From a virus (Duplodnaviria > Caudoviricetes), in IMG/VR virus record IMGVR_UViG_3300000517_000182, positions 1 to 59,022 of that record: 59,022 bases of DNA. One strand, 5' to 3'. Positions 48,557-56,151 of the stretch are shown here, piece after piece. How positions within the stretch are numbered: the stretch's first letter is position 1; every line of letters starts with the position of its first letter. The notes under the pieces are model-generated. The model was not told where the DNA came from. It did no database searches and saw nothing but the letters and a program-made list of their open reading frames with translations. Made by a program: the position numbers and the translations under genes.

Positions 48557-49138
48557 ATGAAAATCAATCTTAGAAAGGCACATGCTATCCAAACGCAGAT
48601 TCGAGAAGAGCTTCGTCGTCTCGATCTTGTAACCAGTGTAACTCTTAACGAGTTTGAAAATACCAAGAGTCAGATTGACACTGCTCGTTCAGAGTTCAAA
48701 GGCGCTCTTAAAACACACGAAAAGTTGTCAGGCATCCTGTTAGATATTCGCAAAAAGGTTGCTAGAGCAAACGCAGATGAAGACATTTCTGATCTTCTCG
48801 CAGACGCTGCTGCATTAGACTCGCAGATTGCTCTGTATAAAGACCTAGCAGATGCTAAGTCGCAGCAGCCAATTGAAGTTCTGGAAGGTCGTTTAGAAAA
48901 GCGTCGCAATGCTCAAGAAGACTCTCTTTATCGCAGCATGAGCGGAGATATCTTTACTGGTATCTTTACTCAAGAAGAGATTGACGGATATCGCAGAGAA
49001 CTTGCGAATTTGAAGCGCACCAAGCAGGGTGTGCAAGAGATGATTCTTGCTGCTAACATTGATACAGAAATCGAACTGGACGAGCATGAAGAAAAACTGC
49101 TTGCTCGACTGGGGATTATTTCCGATTTTGATGGTTAA
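48557..49138 (+). CDS. All-helical coiled-coil protein (DIP1984/DUF6847-like architecture, tentative)
   Basis: Own sigma70 promoter (48502-48529); R..VA.AN and IL.AN..TEIEL patterns. Confidence 0.6.
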   Translation: MKINLRKAHAIQTQIREELRRLDLVTSVTLNEFENTKSQIDTARSEFKGALKTHEKLSGILLDIRKKVARANADEDISDLLADAAALDSQIALYKDLADAKSQQPIEVLEGRLEKRRNAQEDSLYRSMSGDIFTGIFTQEEIDGYRRELANLKRTKQGVQEMILAANIDTEIELDEHEEKLLARLGIISDFDG

Positions 49139-49406
49139 GCCTGTTCGCAGGTAAACCATCCAGAAGCGGTTGAAAGATGAGGATGACACTGCAACATTTT
49201 TAGTTGCTCCAAATTGATACAGCGTGTGAAAAGCGTGGACCACCTGCAGTGTTCCGAAGTTGATGTAGTTTTGTTGTGGATTGTTCTTCGGAAGTCGGCA
49301 GATTGTGCATTGTGGGTTGCAGTTTGTTTGTGCAAGGTCACTGATTCGTTATATCAGCACATGTCTTTTGTTTACGTCATTACTTGTTCACCGCTTCTGT
49401 CTTTTT
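49130..49406 (+). ncRNA. Candidate structured RNA with UUG-rich loops
   Basis: Long-range closing stem, UUCG hairpin, internal helices and terminal T run. Confidence 0.6.
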
Positions 49407-49421
49407 TATAAGTAATAAGCT

Positions 49422-49622
49422 ATGGCAGAAAAAGAATTTCAAGTTAAACCAGTATTACTAAGATATTTCTGCGACAGGGCAGGCTGCGACGGCGAAGTTT
49501 TGTATGATCAAAACGCTGCTGTACTTGCAACACAGCCTCCTAAATATGTACATAAATGTGAAAAGTGTGGACATGAGTATCAGTTGACAAAAGCTTATCC
49601 TGCAGTCGACTATAAGTCATAA
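49422..49622 (+). CDS. Small zinc-ribbon protein
   Basis: CxxxxC and HxCxxC motifs. Confidence 0.65.
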   Translation: MAEKEFQVKPVLLRYFCDRAGCDGEVLYDQNAAVLATQPPKYVHKCEKCGHEYQLTKAYPAVDYKS

Positions 49623-49629
49623 ATAATAC

Positions 49630-49657
49630 TTGACACAATAATAAAACAATGTATAAT
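49630..49657 (+). promoter_or_regulatory. Sigma70-type promoter of the tRNA operon
   Basis: TTGACA-N16-TATAAT. Confidence 0.85.
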
Positions 49658-49663
49658 AACACT

Positions 49664-49747
49664 ATGATGGTTAAAAACAGCACACATTCGAATTTTTCAT
49701 ATCGCCAGATTATTTGGCGTGATATGCGTGTGCGTGGGGCCACGTAG
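49664..49747 (+). CDS. Putative attenuator leader peptide MMVKNSTHSNFSYRQIIWRDMRVRGAT
   Basis: ATG at the predicted TSS; last codons overlap the antiterminator arm. Confidence 0.65.
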   Translation: MMVKNSTHSNFSYRQIIWRDMRVRGAT

Positions 49748-49776
49748 TGTAGAGTTTATACACAACGATTAACACG

Positions 49777-49809
49777 GCCCCTGTCAGTTTAACTGCTCAG
49801 GGGTTTTTT
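49777..49809 (+). terminator. Intrinsic terminator/attenuator upstream of the tRNA array
   Basis: GCCCCTG/CAGGGGT stem with inner CAGT/ACTG and a T6 run. Confidence 0.85.
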
Positions 49810-49841
49810 ATTTGTTCTTTAAAAAATTAGAATAATGATAT

Positions 49842-49918
49842 TGCGCCATAGCTCAGTTGGTAAGAGCGCAGAGCTGATAACTCTGAGGTCGTTAGTTCAA
49901 ATCTAACTGGCGCAACCA
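49842..49918 (+). tRNA. tRNA-Ile(GAT)
   Basis: Canonical cloverleaf with CCA. Confidence 0.93.
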
Positions 49919-49924
49919 AATATT

Positions 49925-50000
49925 TACCCTGTGGTGTAATTCGGTAACATTGCTGTCTCCAAAACAGCCGCTCGCGGTTCAAGTCCGTGCGGGGTAGCCA
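49925..50000 (+). tRNA. tRNA-Trp(CCA)
   Basis: Cloverleaf with G73 and CCA. Confidence 0.9.
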
Positions 50001-50005
50001 AACAA

Positions 50006-50082
50006 CCGCTTGTAGCTCAACTGGATAGAGCACTTGGCTTCGAACCAAGGGGTTAGGGGTTCAAATCCTCTCAAGCGGGCCA
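50006..50082 (+). tRNA. tRNA-Arg(TCG)
   Basis: Cloverleaf with A20 and CCA. Confidence 0.92.
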
Positions 50083-50088
50083 CTCATT

Positions 50089-50164
50089 GGCTCCGTAGCT
50101 CAATCGGGAGAGCGTCGCCCTGTCACGGCGAAGGTAGCGAGATCGAAACTCGTCGGAGCCGCCA
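50089..50164 (+). tRNA. tRNA-Asp(GTC)
   Basis: Cloverleaf with G73 and CCA; T-loop ATCGAAA. Confidence 0.9.
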
Positions 50165-50177
50165 AATAAAAGATCTA

Positions 50178-50258
50178 GCTGTTGTAGCTTAACGGTAGAG
50201 CCCTGCATTGTAGCACATAGTGAGCAGGATGGTCTTGGTTCGAATCCAAGCGGCAGCA
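50178..50258 (+). tRNA. tRNA-like gene with about 10 extra nt in the anticodon loop (Thr-TGT or Tyr-GTA register)
   Basis: Normal acceptor, D and T arms; CCTGC/GCAGG stem encloses 17 nt. Confidence 0.65.
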
Positions 50259-50279
50259 TTTTTAACCGAGGAGGCCGAT

Positions 50280-50699
50280 ATGCCAAAAATAGAAAATTGT
50301 TCCTGGGCAGACTTTCAAAAAGGTAATCACAGGCTGTCGCCTCTTGGCGCAGTTGCCATTCAAATAACAGATCCAGGTGACACACCTCCAGAGCCTAAAG
50401 AAGATGTGTTCGTGTCTCGGCATTCGTTTCAGTTTCTTGATGCAGAAGCGCCTACTCAGTTTTTTCCAGAGGAGAAGTTGATATCAGATAGACAGGCACA
50501 AGAAATCGCAGACATATTGAAAACAGCATTAGCAAATGACACTGATGTTTTAGTGCATTGTGTAGTGGGTGCGTGTCGCTCAGGTGCTGTGGTAGAAGTA
50601 GCAGAAATGCTAGGGTTTGACGAATGCTTTCGTTATCGTCTGCCTAACATCAGAGTAAAACAAAAACTAATGCAAGCATGCGGCTTGCACATTGTATAA
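50280..50699 (+). CDS. Protein-tyrosine/dual-specificity phosphatase-like protein
   Basis: VHCVVGACRS CX5R motif; GAGGAGG SD. Confidence 0.8.
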   Translation: MPKIENCSWADFQKGNHRLSPLGAVAIQITDPGDTPPEPKEDVFVSRHSFQFLDAEAPTQFFPEEKLISDRQAQEIADILKTALANDTDVLVHCVVGACRSGAVVEVAEMLGFDECFRYRLPNIRVKQKLMQACGLHIV

Positions 50700-50858
50700 G
50701 CGTGGATTATCCGCGCACCAGTATACCCTGAGCAAGGGTGGTCGACCGGCTGTGTGAAAAAATGACCGGACTAGCTATCCTGTCAAGTATCACTCAGTCA
50801 AATGCTCCATGGAGGTTCGTCTGTGCCATGTAAAAAAACAACGCAGACGCCAAACACA

Positions 50859-50957
50859 GGAAGGATAAGCCGAAAGAGTCTGGGTAGCGGCAGCGGTCTT
50901 GAAAACCGAGGGTTCACGAAAGTGGACGTCAGAGTTCGAATCTCTGTCCTTCCGCCA
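50859..50957 (+). tRNA. tRNA-Ser(TGA) with expanded D loop
   Basis: Long variable arm, G73 and CCA. Confidence 0.82.
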
Positions 50958-50963
50958 TTCAAT

Positions 50964-51040
50964 GGTGACATTAGTGTTAGCGGTAAGCACTCAAGTTTGT
51001 GGCACTTGCAGGACCAGTTCAAATCTGGTATGTCACTCCA
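50964..51040 (+). tRNA. tRNA-His(GTG)
   Basis: Cloverleaf with G-1 opposite U73 and CCA. Confidence 0.85.
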
Positions 51041-51044
51041 AACT

Positions 51045-51116
51045 GCCTAGATGGCGGAATGTCTACGCAAACGACTTTAAATTGTTTATATGCAGGTTCG
51101 AATCCTGTCCTAGGCT
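51045..51116 (+). tRNA. tRNA-like gene with TTA (ochre suppressor-type) anticodon
   Basis: AACGA-CT-TTA-AA-TTGTT arm and good T arm; no D-loop GG; followed by CAA, not CCA. Confidence 0.6.
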
Positions 51117-51120
51117 CAAA

Positions 51121-51195
51121 GGTGATGTAGTTCAGCGGTAGAACAGCAGATTCATGATCTGCGAGTCGCAGGTTCGAATCCTGCCATCACCTCCA
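51121..51195 (+). tRNA. tRNA with CAT anticodon (Met or Ile2)
   Basis: Cloverleaf with CCA; atypical G37 and U73. Confidence 0.85.
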
Positions 51196-51208
51196 ACTAA
51201 ATACTTGT

Positions 51209-51343
51209 ATGAAAGCACGAGAATTCGCAGGCTCTTATCCTACAGGCTCTAAAGGTCAAGCAAAGGGTGTAGAAAAAATGCCCAAGGCTAAAAAAGGTCG
51301 CAAGCGTCATCCCTTACAAGGAAAACTTGTAGGTGGTAGCTAA
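51209..51343 (+). CDS. Small basic late protein (44 aa), not in the ORF track
   Basis: ATG 5 nt after TAAATA; MKAREF..HPLQGKLVGG. Confidence 0.6.
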   Translation: MKAREFAGSYPTGSKGQAKGVEKMPKAKKGRKRHPLQGKLVGGS

Positions 51344-52308
51344 TGCAACCACTTAATGGTTCTTATATAAATCGATGGATTGTGAATAATTTTCCTAATA
51401 TTTGCCTCGTCGATACCCACCTAGATAAACTATTTATAGAAGGCGACATAAAAAAACAAAAAATAGTCATAGTCGATAATGAAGTTCTATTAAACATAGA
51501 TGATTTACTACCTGAATACCTTATAGAGTCTGACAACATCTATATTACCAAAGTTAATTTTTTTAAAAAACAAAAAGGTAATGAAATAAGATTTCCTTTT
51601 TTTGATATATTAGAAGATATTTTTGCGCTTAATTATATAACAAATAAGGATGCTATTCAGCTCATCATGCCTGATAATTTAACTTATAATTTTCTATCTT
51701 TAAATAGGACGGCCAAGGAGCATAGACAAATTCTAATTGATCATTTATCTGATTACGATCTTTTGCAATCGTCTTTTGTAACTTATCATAGGACAAATCG
51801 ACAAATTCCTGGTTTAAAATATATAGATTTCGAATGGTATAAAAAGGATAGTATTCCTCCTGACAGAGTTTATAATAATTTTCACAATGTTCCCTGCACT
51901 ACTAATTTTTTAAATTATTTTTTAATTAAAAAACAAATTCAAACTTCTATATGTTTGATGGCTGAGACAACAATGGGAGCATTTTATCCGTGTGAAAAAT
52001 CTTTTTTACCTTTATTTACAGCTCGAATCCCTATAATTTTGTCATCTAAAAGGCATATTAAAATTATGAGAAACGAAGGTTTTGATTTTTTTGACGACCT
52101 AGTAGATCATAGCTACGACCAAAAAACAAAACCAGTAGATAGAATTAAAACAGCAATTGACCTAAATTATAATTTATTAAGAAACGGAATAAAACTTGAA
52201 GGTAATATTTATAAACGATGTAAGAGAAATTTTATGCACCTTAAATATGATTTTTTTCGAAGCCAATTAGATCACCTTAAAAGAAAATTAGAGGAAAAAA
52301 TATTATGA
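51343..52308 (+). CDS. AT-rich hypothetical protein, glycosyltransferase-like C-terminus
   Basis: FLSLNR..HR, ET..EKS and GFDFFDDLVDHSYD motifs. Confidence 0.55.
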   Translation: MQPLNGSYINRWIVNNFPNICLVDTHLDKLFIEGDIKKQKIVIVDNEVLLNIDDLLPEYLIESDNIYITKVNFFKKQKGNEIRFPFFDILEDIFALNYITNKDAIQLIMPDNLTYNFLSLNRTAKEHRQILIDHLSDYDLLQSSFVTYHRTNRQIPGLKYIDFEWYKKDSIPPDRVYNNFHNVPCTTNFLNYFLIKKQIQTSICLMAETTMGAFYPCEKSFLPLFTARIPIILSSKRHIKIMRNEGFDFFDDLVDHSYDQKTKPVDRIKTAIDLNYNLLRNGIKLEGNIYKRCKRNFMHLKYDFFRSQLDHLKRKLEEKIL

Positions 52309-52772
52309 ACCTTATTTTTCTTGTTGACCCTTATGAAAAATATACAACTGAGGAAAAAAACATTTTCCTAAGAATCGAAGAAGAAAATAAAAGCTTTGGA
52401 AATTTTTTAGGGTATGTGTTAGAACAAGAACATGCAAAAGGTAATCGGATTCTAATTTGGACTAATGATTCACATCTGGGAGTAATGAAACAAATTCCCA
52501 AAAAAATATATAAACAATTTAACAAAAAATTTCCTAAATATGAAATGATTTATGTTTGTGGCTTCCATTACGGTATATGTGTAGAAGAATGTGCTAGATT
52601 GCTTAATGAACGCTATAAAATTCCTAAAGAAAAAATTGGTATAGTTTTAAATCTGTCAATTCCTGCACCAGAACAAAAAGTCCATAAAATAGAAAACTTT
52701 TTTCAGTCGGATTTCCAGCTATATTATTGGACAAATCAAGCTTTTGTGCCGATTGATCTTAAACAGGTTTAA
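52305..52772 (+). CDS. AT-rich hypothetical protein
   Basis: Coupled ORF; YVCGFHYGICV. Confidence 0.55.
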   Translation: MNLIFLVDPYEKYTTEEKNIFLRIEEENKSFGNFLGYVLEQEHAKGNRILIWTNDSHLGVMKQIPKKIYKQFNKKFPKYEMIYVCGFHYGICVEECARLLNERYKIPKEKIGIVLNLSIPAPEQKVHKIENFFQSDFQLYYWTNQAFVPIDLKQV

Positions 52773-52832
52773 CATCTGTTAATTATCTCTCCACTTAACT
52801 TTTTGCCCCTATCACCTTAAATACGTAGTAAA

Positions 52833-53312
52833 ATGATGAGGTGCAACGTGAGGAGACTCTGTCTTTTTTTAATGCTGTTTGTGTCAACTGCGTCAGCAGG
52901 AGAGTTAGTGTGGGAATTCAAAAGTCCAGCCTTTTCAGGGCAAGGTTGGAGCAACCATGTTCTTGCGAATGAGCAGTTGAGATACAACAGAGAACAGGAG
53001 ATTCGTGAACGGCGTGAAGCAGAACAGCGAAGAATAGAAAGAGAACTGGAAGATAGTATTCTCAACAAGTTTGTGACGAACCTAGAATCTAGGATCTATG
53101 CCACGCTATCCAAGCAGATGGTTGACAATATGTTCACAGAATGCGAAGAGGGTAATGAAACCTGTTCTCAACCAGACGGCGGATCAACAGAAATCGAAGG
53201 ATCCACCATTACTTGGAGTAGATCAGAAGCAGGAGCAATTACGCTTACAGTAGACGGTCCTGACGGATTTACAGAGATAGAAATACCAGGACCAGGAGAA
53301 CTATACTTTTGA
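52833..53312 (+). CDS. csgF: Curli assembly protein CsgF-like
   Basis: Signal peptide followed by ELVWEFKSPAFSG. Confidence 0.75.
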   Translation: MMRCNVRRLCLFLMLFVSTASAGELVWEFKSPAFSGQGWSNHVLANEQLRYNREQEIRERREAEQRRIERELEDSILNKFVTNLESRIYATLSKQMVDNMFTECEEGNETCSQPDGGSTEIEGSTITWSRSEAGAITLTVDGPDGFTEIEIPGPGELYF

Positions 53313-54145
53313 AAGGATCATTCGCTTGTATTGCATTTTGTTTGGCGTTTCTAATAGGATGTGCTGCAACTGGAGAAGAAAGGTTTCAGTCATCCCCTGC
53401 AGAAACACAACCTGCACCTATGCGAGAACAACTGGCAGATGTGCCCGAACTGGACGGTCCTAAAATAACAATAGCAGTTTATGACTTTGCAGACAAAACA
53501 GGTCAGAGACAGCCTAATCAGCGAGTAGCAAGTCTATCAACTGCTGTAACACAGGGAAGTGAAGTATGGGTCATTAAAAGTTTACAAGATATAGGCAATG
53601 GTTCCTGGTTTGATGTAGTCGAAAGAGTAGGCCTAGACAATCTTGTAAAAGAACGTCAGTTAATAAGGAATACGAGAGAGAACTACGGAGAAGATGATAC
53701 TGAACTACAACCTATGCGTTTTGCTGGTTTGATACTGGAAGGCGGTATAGTAGGCTATGATGCAAATGTAGTCACAGGCGGTGCAGGAGCAAGATATCTA
53801 GGCATTGGCGTAGACACAGAATATAGAGTTGACACGGTCACTGTGGTAATGCGAATAGTAAGTGTCAACACTGGGAGAGTATTGATTTCTGTAGCAACAG
53901 AAAAAACAATACTTTCGACGAAAACAGGCGCTAATCTGTTTCGTTTTTTTGATATGGGCACAGAACTCGTTGAAACTGAAATGGGCATGACAGCAAACGA
54001 ACCTGTGAACTATGCTGTGAGGGCAGCAATAGAAGCCGGAGTGATAGAACTCGTCTATCAGGGTGAAGAAAAAGATCTCTGGCAATTCAAAGAGGGCAAG
54101 GAAAATGAAAAGAACACTGACACTATCACTGATACTTCTCGCTAG
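53309..54145 (+). CDS. csgG: Curli secretion channel CsgG-like lipoprotein
   Basis: LIGC lipobox; VYDFADKTGQ, STAVTQG, VVER..ERQLIR and EGGIVGYD motifs. Confidence 0.9.
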   Translation: MKGSFACIAFCLAFLIGCAATGEERFQSSPAETQPAPMREQLADVPELDGPKITIAVYDFADKTGQRQPNQRVASLSTAVTQGSEVWVIKSLQDIGNGSWFDVVERVGLDNLVKERQLIRNTRENYGEDDTELQPMRFAGLILEGGIVGYDANVVTGGAGARYLGIGVDTEYRVDTVTVVMRIVSVNTGRVLISVATEKTILSTKTGANLFRFFDMGTELVETEMGMTANEPVNYAVRAAIEAGVIELVYQGEEKDLWQFKEGKENEKNTDTITDTSR

Positions 54146-54791
54146 TGCGGTATTCGCAAACGAAATATATGTTCAGCAGATAGGTGATAACCTAGATCTT
54201 GACATTACGCAAGACGGCACTGATAACGTTGCTGGAACTGCAGAGCAGGCTATGATACTCACTGGTGACGACATGACCTTTGACATAGATCAAGTCGGTG
54301 ATAATAATGTCATTGCTGCACAGATAAACGGTAATACCTATACAGGCACTATCAACCTAACAGGAAACAACAACTCCGTAGATTTGATGTGTGACAGTGG
54401 TAATGCTGCTACCTGTGAAACTGTTACTGCTGATGTTACTGTAAATGGCAACGGAGCAGACATTGACATTAGAATAGGCGAAACTGCAGACGCTTCCAAT
54501 CTTGTAGCATCACTTGCTGTAGATGGAGATTCTAATGTTGTTGATGTAGAAGTAGACGGTGTAAATGCCGATGCTACTGTTGTGATTGATAACTCTGCCA
54601 GTCTCGCTGGAGGCAATACTGTTAACATAGACATCGACGGTGATGGAGATGTTAATGGGCATAGTCTAAATCTTGATGTAACTGGCGGCGGCGGTGTATA
54701 CAATATTACACAGAGTGGAATAAATGATAACACAGTTGATGCAACATTTGAAGGCGATAACGCTGCTGTTGATATTATTCAGTCTGATTAA
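54105..54791 (+). CDS. Secreted curlin-like beta-repeat protein
   Basis: Signal peptide; repeated xQxGxxNx / xDGxxN units. Confidence 0.7.
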   Translation: MKRTLTLSLILLASAVFANEIYVQQIGDNLDLDITQDGTDNVAGTAEQAMILTGDDMTFDIDQVGDNNVIAAQINGNTYTGTINLTGNNNSVDLMCDSGNAATCETVTADVTVNGNGADIDIRIGETADASNLVASLAVDGDSNVVDVEVDGVNADATVVIDNSASLAGGNTVNIDIDGDGDVNGHSLNLDVTGGGGVYNITQSGINDNTVDATFEGDNAAVDIIQSD

Positions 54792-55863
54792 TACTAGTTG
54801 GGCTGCCATAGGCGCAATATCAGAAATTTCAGGCTCTGCTGCTATTGAACGAGATTCAGAAACCATAGAAGGTTCACTTGGTGTGTCTATAGAATCATAT
54901 GATGTTGCTGTAACTGCCAAAGGCAGAATGCGTATTGATTTTCGCGATGACACTAGAGTAGATGTTACAGAACATTCTCGACTTGTAATAGACGAGTTTG
55001 TTTTTGATCCTGCACAAGATAAAGGATCTATCAGCCTAAAAGCAAGTCTTGGCACGGTAAAGTATGCAAGCGGCCAAATAGCAAAAAAGTATAGACAAAA
55101 TGTTAATATAGAAACACCGTCGGCTACTATTGGTGTGCGCGGCACAGATTTCGCAATGATTGTTAATGAAATAGGCGGTTCAACTATAACGCTTTTACCC
55201 TCCTGCAGACAGAGTCATCCTCGTGCTGCGCTTGAATGCTTTGTAGGAGAAATATCTGTAGAAACAGACGCAGGCGTAGTCATAATGAATCAGGCATTTG
55301 AAACAACCACCGTTTCTACTTCTAGCCAAGCGCCTAGCAAGCCTGTCGTGTTAGATATAGCTCCCGATCAGTTAGGCAATATGCTTATTGTAAGAAATGA
55401 ATCTGAATACGATGCCACACGAAGAGAAATGCAAGAGCAGGCCGCAGAACTGGATGTGGATTATCTAGAGTTTGACGAACTTGATGCAGATAAACTGTCA
55501 GAAAGCATAGAAGGTATTTGGGACACTGAGTTAGGCGAAACAGGCAATATACTTGAAGTAGACATTTTTGAACTTATGGAGCGATTACAAAACCAGGCCG
55601 CTAATGCGCTTGGAGATGAATTTGCTTCGCAGAATGTGTTCGGGGATAGACCCGAAGGTTTAGACGAAGAAACAGGTATTTACTACGAAGCGCCTCCACC
55701 AGAGTTTGTTGTAAGGCGACAGGATGCAGCAGGCAATATATTTGAGTTTCGTTTAAGTGAATCTCACGGTTATTCTATAGATATTCTTCAAGGCAGTTTT
55801 GTTAAATACGGTTATGAAACTGGTATTGGCACTAACGATATTAGGGTTGATCAAAGTCGCTAA
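54724..55863 (+). CDS. FecR-domain protein
   Basis: Signal peptide; F.DDT and ETPSATIGVRGTDF motifs. Confidence 0.82.
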   Translation: MITQLMQHLKAITLLLILFSLINTSWAAIGAISEISGSAAIERDSETIEGSLGVSIESYDVAVTAKGRMRIDFRDDTRVDVTEHSRLVIDEFVFDPAQDKGSISLKASLGTVKYASGQIAKKYRQNVNIETPSATIGVRGTDFAMIVNEIGGSTITLLPSCRQSHPRAALECFVGEISVETDAGVVIMNQAFETTTVSTSSQAPSKPVVLDIAPDQLGNMLIVRNESEYDATRREMQEQAAELDVDYLEFDELDADKLSESIEGIWDTELGETGNILEVDIFELMERLQNQAANALGDEFASQNVFGDRPEGLDEETGIYYEAPPPEFVVRRQDAAGNIFEFRLSESHGYSIDILQGSFVKYGYETGIGTNDIRVDQSR

Positions 55864-56143
55864 TGCAAGCGATGTCGATGTAACTGTGCAGGGCAACGAC
55901 TTTGAAATGAGTGTGTTGCAGTCAAGTGGCGATAACTATCTGCAAGGTTCTGTGATAGGCAATGGTCACTCTGTTAATAGCACACAATCAAACGGTGCAA
56001 GTGCTGTGTTTTCTCTGCAGAATCTTACAGGTGGCGGTGGCATTGCGTTAGATATAAAGCAGAACTCCCCATCAAACTCTATTTCCATACAGGAATTCTG
56101 CACTAATCCTGCGGGCTGCGATCTAAGCATAGATCAACGCTAA
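55799..56143 (+). CDS. Small secreted curlin-like protein
   Basis: Signal peptide; Q/G/N-rich beta repeats. Confidence 0.55.
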   Translation: MLNTVMKLVLALTILGLIKVANASDVDVTVQGNDFEMSVLQSSGDNYLQGSVIGNGHSVNSTQSNGASAVFSLQNLTGGGGIALDIKQNSPSNSISIQEFCTNPAGCDLSIDQR

Positions 56144-56151
56144 ATATCATT

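Noticed and set aside
49733-49745. CGTGGGGCCACG resembling pistol ribozyme P1
   Set aside because: The loop and downstream pistol elements are absent; the attenuator explains it better.
50807-50843. preQ1-I riboswitch-like stem followed by an A-tract
   Set aside because: The ligand-pairing C before the 3' strand is missing and no queuosine gene follows.
49827-51141. Short ORFs on both strands across the tRNA array
   Set aside because: They are explained by tRNA sequence; only the phosphatase gene has an SD and a catalytic motif.
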